Source: a virus
Taxonomy: Duplodnaviria; Caudoviricetes
DNA length: 64,000 nt
Virus record (IMG/VR): IMGVR_UViG_3300044675_007236
Reading direction: 5' to 3' (one strand)
Shown here: piece by piece, positions 43,828 to 53,245 of the stretch
Layout: the number at the start of each line of letters is the position of its first letter
Numbering within the stretch: position 1 is the first letter of the stretch
The notes under the pieces: generated by a model
Told to the model about the DNA's origin: nothing
Databases searched by the model: none
The model's input: only the letters and a program-made list of their open reading frames with translations
Position numbers and translations under genes: made by a program

Positions 43828-45452
43828 TTACACGACAAACAACTTGTACTTCCACTCATAGTCTGTCGCTCAGATATAGTGTTACCATAAACAACATCAG
43901 GCACAGTTATACCCGCAACTCCGCAAAAAGAAACTATGTCTCCGATAAGATCGCTAGCAATATTTGTCTTAGGCTGACATTGTCCGCTTTCGGCTACTTG
44001 GTTTTCCCAGTACGCGACTACGCCAATAGATACCGAATAAGCCCCAGGACCAGCTGCAAAACAGTCAGGTAGGCACTGTTTACCGTAGAGTGTAGTTACC
44101 GACTGTGGATCAGCGTAATCAACGGTAAAAAGCAATATGTGATTCTCTGCGTCTACGGCTTGAGCCGCCACAGGCTCTGGTTTGTAACAGGTGGTTGGAC
44201 CCTCTAAATACGTGTTCGGACAACTGAAAGCATCTGTGCCATACGTTATCGCACCGAACAGCCTTGGTATAAAGAAAATTTGTATTTTCAAATTGATAAG
44301 ACAACAGTTTGTCGGGTTACAAACGGCGACACCCCAGCGTACTTTGCAGTCGGTGTCCGTGGCAATGTTAACGCGAATAAAGTCACTTTCCCGCAATTGC
44401 TTTTCAGCCAGCCAACGATCTTTATTAGCCCTGTAAAAGTCTCTAGCATCCTCAGCTGTGTGCGCTATGTCTCGATAAAGAAGCCACTGTCGCTTTATGC
44501 CTTGGTAGGTCCTGGCGTAGTATTCACAGTCGCAGCAGTTTCTACAATCATTACCAAATTTAACGGTAGCTCTAGCTTGATTAGGCGACAGAATGCCAGA
44601 AGAGTAGTTAAACGTTCTAGGGGTTGAACTAGAAAGCGAAAGCGGTCGCTGCGTTCTTATACACCCTTCACTGTCTAACGTAAAGTTGTTATGACTGTCG
44701 CTTCGAACTTTGTTGACCGTTCTTAAGACTGTAGCTGTATCCACACAACCTGGAAATACGCCCAGACCTGAACCGGGCTCAGCTGACAGTTGAAGCTTAG
44801 TCGATTTCCTGACGCCGTCCACTAATCCAACCGAACCAAACAGGTTTAACGTCGGAGAGTCAGCCACTATAGGTTCCGGCAACTCTATCGTGAAATTATA
44901 GCCGTTCTGAAGCGTTAAAGCCTTGGCGGCAACTGTCTCATTGCCAATTTTAATCGACTTAATCCTGGACGGTAATTCGTAGCCGCATTCCACGTACAAC
45001 TCACCGTTAACTGGTTCTATGTTGTTATCGTACGTTAGAATCAGACTATCGGTCACATCTTCCGGAGTCCATTGTGTGTGTATCACACAACGACACACAG
45101 CGTCCTGTGTTGCCCATTCAATTACCCTTAAACGGCTGTTCCATTCTTTTACTGTGTAATTAGTTGCAATCGTCGAGTCGAAAACCACGTTACCTTCAGT
45201 ATCTTCGACAACTAGATCGTAGGCGTGCGTTGGTGTAGGTCGATCCGGGAAAGCCGGTACGGAATTTGTCCCAAACCCGTAAAGCCAAGCCAACTTAAGC
45301 GGATACTTTACCTGGTTATTGTTCTCGAAAGAGACAAAAAAGTCCGTAAACAGACGATAGATATCACTGGACGGGGATATAAAAGGATAGAGGTTCCCAC
45401 TATTGGGCGGTTGATTAAGTCCTATCGGTTGTCTACCGCGTGGATGCGTCAT
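43806..45452 (-). CDS. Cys-rich virion protein, paralog 4
   Basis: NSGNLYPF; LRTVNKVRSD..NNFTL; NDCRNCCDCEY. Confidence 0.6.
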   Translation of the reverse strand: MTHPRGRQPIGLNQPPNSGNLYPFISPSSDIYRLFTDFFVSFENNNQVKYPLKLAWLYGFGTNSVPAFPDRPTPTHAYDLVVEDTEGNVVFDSTIATNYTVKEWNSRLRVIEWATQDAVCRCVIHTQWTPEDVTDSLILTYDNNIEPVNGELYVECGYELPSRIKSIKIGNETVAAKALTLQNGYNFTIELPEPIVADSPTLNLFGSVGLVDGVRKSTKLQLSAEPGSGLGVFPGCVDTATVLRTVNKVRSDSHNNFTLDSEGCIRTQRPLSLSSSTPRTFNYSSGILSPNQARATVKFGNDCRNCCDCEYYARTYQGIKRQWLLYRDIAHTAEDARDFYRANKDRWLAEKQLRESDFIRVNIATDTDCKVRWGVAVCNPTNCCLINLKIQIFFIPRLFGAITYGTDAFSCPNTYLEGPTTCYKPEPVAAQAVDAENHILLFTVDYADPQSVTTLYGKQCLPDCFAAGPGAYSVSIGVVAYWENQVAESGQCQPKTNIASDLIGDIVSFCGVAGITVPDVVYGNTISERQTMSGSTSCLSCNCAPEEE

Positions 45453-45453
45453 A

Positions 45454-46410
45454 TTAGTCCTCGCAGTTTATACAACGTCGATCACCCAATCTTGCACCCA
45501 GTACCGTAGCGTTAAACGCAGAATTCTCGGCTGACAGCCGGTCTACAAACTGCTGCAACGATATGCGTTGCGAATTGAAGAGCTCGAGATTTTGTGTAAT
45601 TGCCTCTAGTTCAGGGCAACCGCAGCACGGAGCACAGCAAGAATCCGTCAGCTGCAAGCCGTTTGCTACGCTGGAAAACGTCAAGCAGTCGTCGCCGACT
45701 AAATTAAAATTGCCATCCGGAGCGGGCGCAATACCGTTGATTGTTTTGATGCAAGGAGCGTTCGAGGCTTCGCCGGTGCAGGTGCAGTCCGAGATAGTAC
45801 CTTCGCCGCTGATTGCACTTATGACCACCTTAGTCTCTAAGAGCGTATTTATAGTAGTCAGCTGTATGTTTCGGCCTGCAACAAGCTCGATATCGCCGTA
45901 CAGTCTATCCCCTAAAATACCGTTGGAGCTAGCGACACGGATAGAAGATATGCCTCTAATCATCGGACGAATACACTGAGGCTCGATCCGAGTGTCCGCC
46001 AGATTAAAGTTGAAAAGACCTGTTGGTTGTAGCTGGATAGTATCAAGCCTGCTTACAACGACTTTGCCTGTAACGTCGTCAAACGGGTCGATTCCGCCAA
46101 GCGTAAACACTTTGTTGCGTGTAAACTGGTATGAAGGTATCAATGTGGAAGCCACATCTACGATACCCACACCGGAATCGCACGACATAATTAGCTGTAC
46201 ACCTGAGGCATATAAACCTATCTGCCGTATAAAAAAAGTTCCGGTCGACATATCCATTGCTGGAGATATCGGAAGATCTAACCCAACTAAAAAGTCGTCT
46301 GGAATTACAAACGAACCTGTAGTATCCGTTTTCGTAGCGTCTGCTGCTAACGGGTAACTTCGCTGCGAGTTGTGATTTAGGAATTCTAGATTCCAGTTTG
46401 CTAGTGGCAT
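45454..46410 (-). CDS. Cys-rich virion protein, paralog 5
   Basis: FLNHNSQRSYPL; IKTINGIAPAPDGNF; DSCCAPCCGCPE. Confidence 0.6.
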   Translation of the reverse strand: MPLANWNLEFLNHNSQRSYPLAADATKTDTTGSFVIPDDFLVGLDLPISPAMDMSTGTFFIRQIGLYASGVQLIMSCDSGVGIVDVASTLIPSYQFTRNKVFTLGGIDPFDDVTGKVVVSRLDTIQLQPTGLFNFNLADTRIEPQCIRPMIRGISSIRVASSNGILGDRLYGDIELVAGRNIQLTTINTLLETKVVISAISGEGTISDCTCTGEASNAPCIKTINGIAPAPDGNFNLVGDDCLTFSSVANGLQLTDSCCAPCCGCPELEAITQNLELFNSQRISLQQFVDRLSAENSAFNATVLGARLGDRRCINCED

Positions 46411-46418
46411 CTAAGCTC

Positions 46419-48233
46419 CTAGGAGGTCAGAACTCCAATCTGCTGCATTATACCTACTTCACCTGCATAATTGTCACTAGGATCAGCTGGATTACGCAGA
46501 ACTTTGATGTACACAATGTCACCTGGATTCACAGCAATTGCAGAACTTAAAGCTTCGACGGCTTGATTGGTAGCCACGGTAGCGACAGTTACTATCGTAA
46601 GCGATGTGTAGCTCTGCGTTACTGTAACTGGCGTAGTCAAACCAGCAGGCGGTCTTGCTGTTTTAAAAAAGCTTACAGTTAATTGTGGCAACGTGCCTGT
46701 CGACTTGCCTAAAATACGCGGTCTAAACCGTAGATTGGAATTAGCTGGAGCGTCTCCTGGTACTTCAAACTTTACAACGTAGCTTGTCTGCGTGTCGTTA
46801 GGCATACCAAGGTACATGACCGGGAAACTTTCTTCAGTCACACCCTCGAGACGTACAAGCTGACTTGAAAGCTCCTGTGACGGTTGGCTGAGCACGCCAA
46901 CGCCTATCCTTCCTTGATGGTACGTCGTAGCTCCGACTACAAAAGTCGAATCACTACTCAGTAGGACGTTGTTTGAAGTAGCGTAGACACCCTCTACGAC
47001 CTTACCGCTATTGAATTTGTTTTCGACAGGATCGAATGCCTTGATAACGGTAAAGCCAGAAGTGTTCGTTGCTCCGTTCATCAAAGCTAAATCTAAGTCG
47101 ATATCCAGGTCACCCGTAGAGGCCACATCTGCCTTACCGGAACAAAGTACTTTTAGTCTAGGATCTAAAGACCTAAGGCTGGTAACCGAGCTATTATCAG
47201 TGGCGAAACCAACTTTTGTGAAGTACAGCTTAATAATTATAGGTTTAGATGCCGGGTCGCACTCCGAGTAACCGCTACTCATGGAAACAGAAGTATCGAG
47301 ATCTGTAGCCCAAGGTACTTCGTCGTAACAATCGCTCATCCACCAAATACCGTCGCGATTAACAACGACGAGATCAGACAGAAGTTGTTGACCGTACCAT
47401 TTACGCTCTGCCGATGTATCCCATATGCTAGGCCGCTGCATGATTACCGAGGCTGATTGCAAGGGTATGGGCGGAAAAACATTTTGTAACGAAACATCCG
47501 CAGTCAAGTTATAGCCAAACTTCGCCCCTGACGGTGCCTTATCGTCGAACACGGGATCGTCAGCCGGTAGCCATCCCGGAAGATCGGAGTCGGGCGATGT
47601 GATCACATGCGGGTCGCCTGAGCTAGGTGGTGTGACTTGACCGGCGGGTGCAGCCACGAGGTCAAACACATAGTGTCTGTGATTCTCAAGAAAATCAACA
47701 AATGACGGATTTACAAAAACATTACCGTCGTTGTCGGTCTTACAAACAGGAATTGACAGCGGTGGTGACTGTCGAACAAGTTTACCTGTGCTTACGCTTG
47801 ACAGATACCAAAGTCCCGCAGGTACGTTGTTATCGTTATCTAAGTCGTTCCCAACAGCAGCAGTCAGATCTATTTTTGCGTAACCGAAAAGTAAGATGTC
47901 GGCAAGTGTTGCGTTTAGCTTTTCAGCAACGATTCCCCACACCTGAGACTGGTTAGGTACAACAAGATAACCGGTCGCTTCGTCGGACTCGCTAGTAGCG
48001 AACGCCGGTTCAAATCTAGAAGTCGAGGGATTGAAAAATACAGGCTGACCAACCTGCAACGTCGAAATAACTGTCTGCGACCTGGCATAAACCGTCGATC
48101 CAATGTTAGCAGCTTCAAGCAAGCTTAAAACATACTTTAGATTCTGGTCTAGCTGGCTAAGCGGACGGTTAGCAGTGCCAGGAGCTACAGGCTCGTTTTC
48201 TTTGATATACTGAATAAAACGTGTTAAGCCCAT
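46419..48233 (-). CDS. Putative baseplate or tail-associated virion protein
   Basis: 604-aa beta-rich ORF in the tail module; N-terminal EPV...NRPLSQL. Confidence 0.55.
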   Translation of the reverse strand: MGLTRFIQYIKENEPVAPGTANRPLSQLDQNLKYVLSLLEAANIGSTVYARSQTVISTLQVGQPVFFNPSTSRFEPAFATSESDEATGYLVVPNQSQVWGIVAEKLNATLADILLFGYAKIDLTAAVGNDLDNDNNVPAGLWYLSSVSTGKLVRQSPPLSIPVCKTDNDGNVFVNPSFVDFLENHRHYVFDLVAAPAGQVTPPSSGDPHVITSPDSDLPGWLPADDPVFDDKAPSGAKFGYNLTADVSLQNVFPPIPLQSASVIMQRPSIWDTSAERKWYGQQLLSDLVVVNRDGIWWMSDCYDEVPWATDLDTSVSMSSGYSECDPASKPIIIKLYFTKVGFATDNSSVTSLRSLDPRLKVLCSGKADVASTGDLDIDLDLALMNGATNTSGFTVIKAFDPVENKFNSGKVVEGVYATSNNVLLSSDSTFVVGATTYHQGRIGVGVLSQPSQELSSQLVRLEGVTEESFPVMYLGMPNDTQTSYVVKFEVPGDAPANSNLRFRPRILGKSTGTLPQLTVSFFKTARPPAGLTTPVTVTQSYTSLTIVTVATVATNQAVEALSSAIAVNPGDIVYIKVLRNPADPSDNYAGEVGIMQQIGVLTS

Positions 48234-48242
48234 TTGCTACTC

Positions 48243-48845
48243 CTAGCTCAAAGTGGTTTCCCATTCGATTCCGATCTGACTAGACGGCAGCTTTTGTTGC
48301 TGGTCAGCCGGTTCATAGTACCAACTGCTGTATATCAAGTCTTGAGTTGCGTCAGTATCGTCTACAATCGCAACTAAACTACCGCCGAAAACAACCGAAT
48401 TGGCCGCAGCTGAGAACGATTTACCGTGAACACCGACCGAGCCGCTACTTCTTGCAAAGTACGACATCTTGTTATTTATAAGACCGTTGCCTTCGGAACT
48501 GAGCTCAGCCGCTGTAACTGGAACACGTAGATAATCTCGGTTAGAGCTTAACGCCAAACTGTTATAGTAGTTTACATCGCGAGTTCGATCAAAAACTGGA
48601 GGGCTCACTGGGTCACCCGGATTGTCGGTGTTTTCGAATTCCAAATACATACCACTAATGCGATAACGGCTATCGCCGCTAGTCAACAGCTTCGCGACAA
48701 TAGTCGCCCATTGGTATACGATCAAGTTGTGCTTAAACTCGGTTACCGGCTTCCAGATTAGCTCAGTTGCGATAAGATCTTCGGCGGTATATGCGCGAAC
48801 ACGTCCTGATACCTTTATTGCCGTGGCTTCTATCATTAAATGCAC
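48243..48845 (-). CDS. Putative baseplate protein
   Basis: 200 aa; position in the baseplate block. Confidence 0.5.
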   Translation of the reverse strand: MHLMIEATAIKVSGRVRAYTAEDLIATELIWKPVTEFKHNLIVYQWATIVAKLLTSGDSRYRISGMYLEFENTDNPGDPVSPPVFDRTRDVNYYNSLALSSNRDYLRVPVTAAELSSEGNGLINNKMSYFARSSGSVGVHGKSFSAAANSVVFGGSLVAIVDDTDATQDLIYSSWYYEPADQQQKLPSSQIGIEWETTLS

Positions 48846-50395
48846 CTTCCACCTATAGTTTTAACTTTTGAAGTTTCTGTTACGTAAACGTCTGAGTTTA
48901 ACGACTCTGAGACAGTTAAGCACTGGAAACTTTCAAAACTTTCAGAGTAACCTGGAGCTATTTCCGTACCTGCAGTTTCCATGACAATCGGGCTATCAGC
49001 GTAAACCAAGTCTACCAGCAGTAGCATCAGGGTATGCGGCGGCATAATTTTTCTAAGCTGGGTTACCGGAACAAATTCTAGCCGATTTTGCAATTTGCTT
49101 CCAGGTTTAACTTTGACAATGAAAAGGTTAAACTTTAACAGATTGTCGATCAAAAACTTTAGAGGGTTGATCTCCACGGGAAGCGAAGACGCTGTTGGTT
49201 GACCGATCGGGTTTTCACGTACATCCAGTAGCATGGCAAGTGTCTCGTTTTTTGCAATGCCGCTCGTATGCACGTCGTGCCAGAACTTGGTTACATCGTT
49301 CGGAAATCCGCCTATTTCCCAGGTGACCTTCGTATAACCATCCTCGGCTAATTCCACATTTAGCGGAACATTTTTGTTAGAAAACACAAGGCCGTCGTAG
49401 AAGCCTTTGGTCAGCATGTTGGTATCTATTGTCAAAGCATCTACGCCGCAATTGATGTCAAACCCTCTGTTGAATTCAACAACCTCGAAAGTGTCGGTGA
49501 GTGCCTGTCCCGCGTAAACAGTTTGACCGATTGAAACTACTGCGTTTGCTGTAGCTGGAAACGTGTAAACGTGTGCGTCTGTGATAATCTGCAAACCGTT
49601 TGTGTCGTTAGCTACTAACTCCACGATTTCTTCGCCGTTAATTACTAACGGAACACCAAACGCTGCGGCTAAAGCTTGTTGCTGCGATCTTACGCTTGTA
49701 CCTTCGTTAAAACTATCGAGTATCGCATTTACAAACGACTTGTAACCAGGGCTAGAACGCATAGGCAGTGAAAGAACGTAACCGAATTGATCGTAAATGT
49801 AGTCCCAATCCCATTTGCTGCGATAGAGCCACAGCGTTATTTCTCTGTCGACAATTTCGCCAACGTTGTTTAACACTTCTCTCTTAGGGATATCTGGGTT
49901 ATCAAACGGATTGCTACGTAAAACTACAGTGCTGTCTTCCAGCCAGAAATCAATACCGTTAATTAGTTGAACAGCTGAATCTGTAATTCTTTCAAAGATA
50001 ACGCCACACTCTTTTAGTTCTTTTGGCTTGCTTACTGCGTAATAATTAGAGTCTGGTATCTGCCCGTAAAACAATTCAGCCTGACTCTTGTAACTGTACT
50101 GAGTACCCGTTTTGTACACGGCCAGTAGACTTGTGTCCGTATTCAGCTCGGATTGCCTTACTTTAATCGCATACCAGTCGTCTTGATGATAAACAGGCAC
50201 GTTTTTACGTGAAACGCTGTTCACAAGCTCTAAGAATTGAGAATTAGCCTGTTGTGAAAGCTGACCGACTACTGAGCCTATGTCTTTAACCAGTGCGTTA
50301 CCCTGGTACAAAGTAGCCCAGAAGCTACCTAGCAGCCCTAGCAGCGAATCCGGCTTGTCGAAATCATTCTGCGGGTACCGGTAAAGTTTCGTCAT
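48836..50395 (-). CDS. Putative baseplate wedge protein
   Basis: 519 aa; LLGSFW...FG(Y)VL...MPPHT features recalling wedge proteins. Confidence 0.5.
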   Translation of the reverse strand: MTKLYRYPQNDFDKPDSLLGLLGSFWATLYQGNALVKDIGSVVGQLSQQANSQFLELVNSVSRKNVPVYHQDDWYAIKVRQSELNTDTSLLAVYKTGTQYSYKSQAELFYGQIPDSNYYAVSKPKELKECGVIFERITDSAVQLINGIDFWLEDSTVVLRSNPFDNPDIPKREVLNNVGEIVDREITLWLYRSKWDWDYIYDQFGYVLSLPMRSSPGYKSFVNAILDSFNEGTSVRSQQQALAAAFGVPLVINGEEIVELVANDTNGLQIITDAHVYTFPATANAVVSIGQTVYAGQALTDTFEVVEFNRGFDINCGVDALTIDTNMLTKGFYDGLVFSNKNVPLNVELAEDGYTKVTWEIGGFPNDVTKFWHDVHTSGIAKNETLAMLLDVRENPIGQPTASSLPVEINPLKFLIDNLLKFNLFIVKVKPGSKLQNRLEFVPVTQLRKIMPPHTLMLLLVDLVYADSPIVMETAGTEIAPGYSESFESFQCLTVSESLNSDVYVTETSKVKTIGGRCI

Positions 50396-50744
50396 CGGCC
50401 TTTTCGCTAAATATCTTGTCTAGGAAATAGTCTATAGCAAGCTTCATTGTAGCCGATAGCAGCACTTGCAGTAATAGTGTTAGAAGTACTCCACCTGTTA
50501 CGAACTTATAAGCTTTACGCTGCATTTGTTCGCGGGACGCTCGCGGATTTTCTTGCCACGCGTGTTTTACGGCTTCCATCGCCCTTGTAGCGTCTTTACG
50601 TTTCTTTTCGATTCTCAACAGTGCCCGCTGGTCGTTCTTGCTAACGGCCTGCATATAGGTAATTGCACTTATTCCGTTTTCATCGCAGAACTGTTCGCAC
50701 AACACGCTCCAATCCATGTTAATTCTCCGGTTTAAGCAGCACAT
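50364..50744 (-). CDS. Membrane protein with one C-terminal TM segment
   Basis: GGVLLTLLLQVLLS. Confidence 0.55.
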   Translation of the reverse strand: MCCLNRRINMDWSVLCEQFCDENGISAITYMQAVSKNDQRALLRIEKKRKDATRAMEAVKHAWQENPRASREQMQRKAYKFVTGGVLLTLLLQVLLSATMKLAIDYFLDKIFSEKADDETLPVPAE

Positions 50745-51006
50745 CTACGGGCGAGTTATCTATTTCAACTTTGAGCCCGTTTCCAATATTCTTTATTGTC
50801 GAAATCGTAGTCTGAACAGACATCGGCCCTACTTTCAGTTTGATTTTAACGGGAGGTTCAAACTTCATTATTCCTCCGCTGATTGTAATCTTTTGCAGTT
50901 TTGAAAAGTCTACGCTCTTTCCGTCAAAGTTTACGCAGCCTGTTTCCAGCAACTTTGTAACCGCTTCGTGCAGCTTTTCAGGTATCTCAATCGGGTAGTT
51001 GAACAT
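50719..51006 (-). CDS. Hypothetical protein
   Basis: 95-aa ORF. Confidence 0.6.
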   Translation of the reverse strand: MFNYPIEIPEKLHEAVTKLLETGCVNFDGKSVDFSKLQKITISGGIMKFEPPVKIKLKVGPMSVQTTISTIKNIGNGLKVEIDNSPVDVLLKPEN

Positions 51007-51605
51007 TATTGGGGACAGACCTGACCTGGTGGGCAGGTGCTATAGCTGCGAGCTCGCCGAAATATAGTTGTAGGTTGTCTTGGTACGTAGTACTGAGCTG
51101 GAGCTACAACCGAAGATGACCTAGCTGGAGCACCGTAAGCGGAATAACCGTTATGTAGATTATCGTGCATAGTCTGTAGCTCTTGCATAGTTTTACCGTC
51201 TACATTCAAGCCGTGTACGCTTCTCAGGTGATTTGCCAGTTCGACAAGCGTATAATTCCAGTTGCCCTCAACATTCCAGCTAGATCCCGGCATCCGTGTT
51301 ACGCCTTTTTCCACAGCCGTAACGGCAGCAACTTCCGTTTTAACGCTTTCAAGCGTTGACTTTTTCTCTTTAGCCTTAGCTTGAAGCTCAGTAACAGCCT
51401 GCTCTATGCGGTCAAGTGTGGACCGGTAACCTTGCAACTCTGTCATCGTCTCAGCGTGAGACTTTTGTACCGAGTCTGCGACTGCTAGGTTAAACCTTTC
51501 AAGCATGTCATCGTTAAGTGGTTTTGACTGTGGTACGCAACCTACAAGACAAAGCAACGCTAAAACTAAAAAGCTATTCAGCAATTTCATCGTCAAAGTC
51601 CTCAA
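51006..51605 (-). CDS. Putative lipoprotein with coiled coil
   Basis: LALLCLVGC lipobox; coiled coil; HLRSVH...HDNLH. Confidence 0.65.
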   Translation of the reverse strand: MRTLTMKLLNSFLVLALLCLVGCVPQSKPLNDDMLERFNLAVADSVQKSHAETMTELQGYRSTLDRIEQAVTELQAKAKEKKSTLESVKTEVAAVTAVEKGVTRMPGSSWNVEGNWNYTLVELANHLRSVHGLNVDGKTMQELQTMHDNLHNGYSAYGAPARSSSVVAPAQYYVPRQPTTIFRRARSYSTCPPGQVCPQ

Positions 51606-52527
51606 GCTCGGAGTTATCGTCCAGTTCGGCCCAGTTTTCAGTTACCTCTTTTTCGATTTCCGGTTCTGTTTGTTTTTCTTCCGGCTTCATGGTGATCTTA
51701 AAATATGGGGAGTTTTGATACCAGTCAACAGGAACCGGTTCTTTTGACCCCATAAGACCTATTGCCGTAGTCCAGCTGTGCGACAACATCTGTTGCCAAG
51801 CTGTAGGTGTAATAAGATACGTGCCATCGCCGTGTGAGTTCATTGCACGCAAATCACCGTCACGCGTGTAACCTAGAATGCACATAGCATGCCCGCCTCT
51901 ACCGGGAATGAACCTCCGTATCACGCGATTAGACGGAATGGTCGAATTACCGTAAGCTATACCAAAATTGATAGCACCTCCACCACCGATAAAATTCAAC
52001 GTTTCTTCGTGATCTCTAGTACACTGCCACGCAGACAAGGCTTTATAAGGTGCGCCTGCCTTATAGTTGGCTTCACTCAAAATCTTGTTGCGAGCGTCGC
52101 GGCCTGGATACGAAGTTGGATAACCAGTCATGCTTTCAGGCGGACAACCAGTTTCCAAGGCTAGTTTAGCTCCGCCGGATATCGTTGAACCGTTATCGGA
52201 CCCAAGCAGCCCGTCGATTCTTTGCGTAGCTAGGTAGGCAAATATACGAGATAACTGCACCTTTATGCCGGTAACAAGAGCACAACGCTCAAGCACAGAC
52301 GAAAGTGAATTGCCCTGGCAACTTCCAATTTGCAGTTGATTTTCGTCGCGGTGCCAATCTAGCGTAACCTCTGCAGGACGGCTGAAAACTCGCCAGGCAG
52401 CGTTATGCATTGGAAGAATAGGAAGCGATTTTAGAAAATTTCGGTCTTCTCGTTCGTAGTTGTAACTGTTACCTAGCATTATTTCGTGTAACTCCTCAGC
52501 AAGGATTCGTGAGCTTCTTTCGACCAA
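51574..52527 (-). CDS. Papain-like (C1) cysteine peptidase
   Basis: QLQIGSCQGNS (Gln and catalytic Cys), GHAMCILGY (His), MNSHG (Asn). Confidence 0.8.
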   Translation of the reverse strand: MVERSSRILAEELHEIMLGNSYNYEREDRNFLKSLPILPMHNAAWRVFSRPAEVTLDWHRDENQLQIGSCQGNSLSSVLERCALVTGIKVQLSRIFAYLATQRIDGLLGSDNGSTISGGAKLALETGCPPESMTGYPTSYPGRDARNKILSEANYKAGAPYKALSAWQCTRDHEETLNFIGGGGAINFGIAYGNSTIPSNRVIRRFIPGRGGHAMCILGYTRDGDLRAMNSHGDGTYLITPTAWQQMLSHSWTTAIGLMGSKEPVPVDWYQNSPYFKITMKPEEKQTEPEIEKEVTENWAELDDNSELEDFDDEIAE

Positions 52528-52865
52528 CCGCCTTTCGTCTTAAAATACTCAGCCTCAGACTTTGCTAGCTTTTCAAAAGCTAATTTTCTAGCTGGTTCCT
52601 GCCCGGCTGCTTGAAACTCCCACGCCGCCTTTTCTGTGTCGAGCTCACCGGAAGCGAGCTTGTCCGCAGTAGTAATCTGGTGAACACGCCATAGCTGTTC
52701 ATATGTTTTGAAAGCGTCGGCGGCTAAATCTGCTTTTAGTTGCGAGGACCTAGTTGTAAACCAATTTGTCGGAACTAAAAGAAAAACGCCCAGCAAACCG
52801 CAGATCAAAAGAGACCACGGAAAGCCAGGCGTAGCTTTGTTATCTGCTGTCCATGCAGTTGACAT
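52479..52865 (-). CDS. Membrane-anchored helical protein
   Basis: N-terminal TM WSLLICGLLGVFLL. Confidence 0.6.
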   Translation of the reverse strand: MSTAWTADNKATPGFPWSLLICGLLGVFLLVPTNWFTTRSSQLKADLAADAFKTYEQLWRVHQITTADKLASGELDTEKAAWEFQAAGQEPARKLAFEKLAKSEAEYFKTKGGWSKEAHESLLRSYTK

Positions 52866-52876
52866 TAAAAATACCT

Positions 52877-53245
52877 CTATTGTTTGTTGTGATTGGCCAA
52901 CTTGGCTTCCGCAATAGCAACCTCTGCTTCAGTCAGTTCAGACTTCGCATAATTCCACCATACCTCGGGGCCAGCGTTAGGTGCTGTTTTTTCGATTATC
53001 TGAAGATGTTCGGCAAAGCCAACTGGTGGCGGAGCGTCGCTGCTACGCCCGGATTCTTTTCGTTTGTGTTCGTCGGCAGGTAAGTTTGCTGCCATCAATC
53101 TACTTTTCGGCATCAAGTATCGGTAGCCGTTAAAACCAGCAAAACTAAGCAAACTGACAGCTGCAAGTCCTTTCACGGCATTAACGATAGTTTCCATGTC
53201 CAGTGTAAGTTCGGCTAACATAGTATTCCTTTCAATTGGTAACAA
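52877..53245 (-). CDS. Membrane-anchored protein
   Basis: TM GLAAVSLLSFAGFNGY. Confidence 0.6.
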   Translation of the reverse strand: MLPIERNTMLAELTLDMETIVNAVKGLAAVSLLSFAGFNGYRYLMPKSRLMAANLPADEHKRKESGRSSDAPPPVGFAEHLQIIEKTAPNAGPEVWWNYAKSELTEAEVAIAEAKLANHNKQ

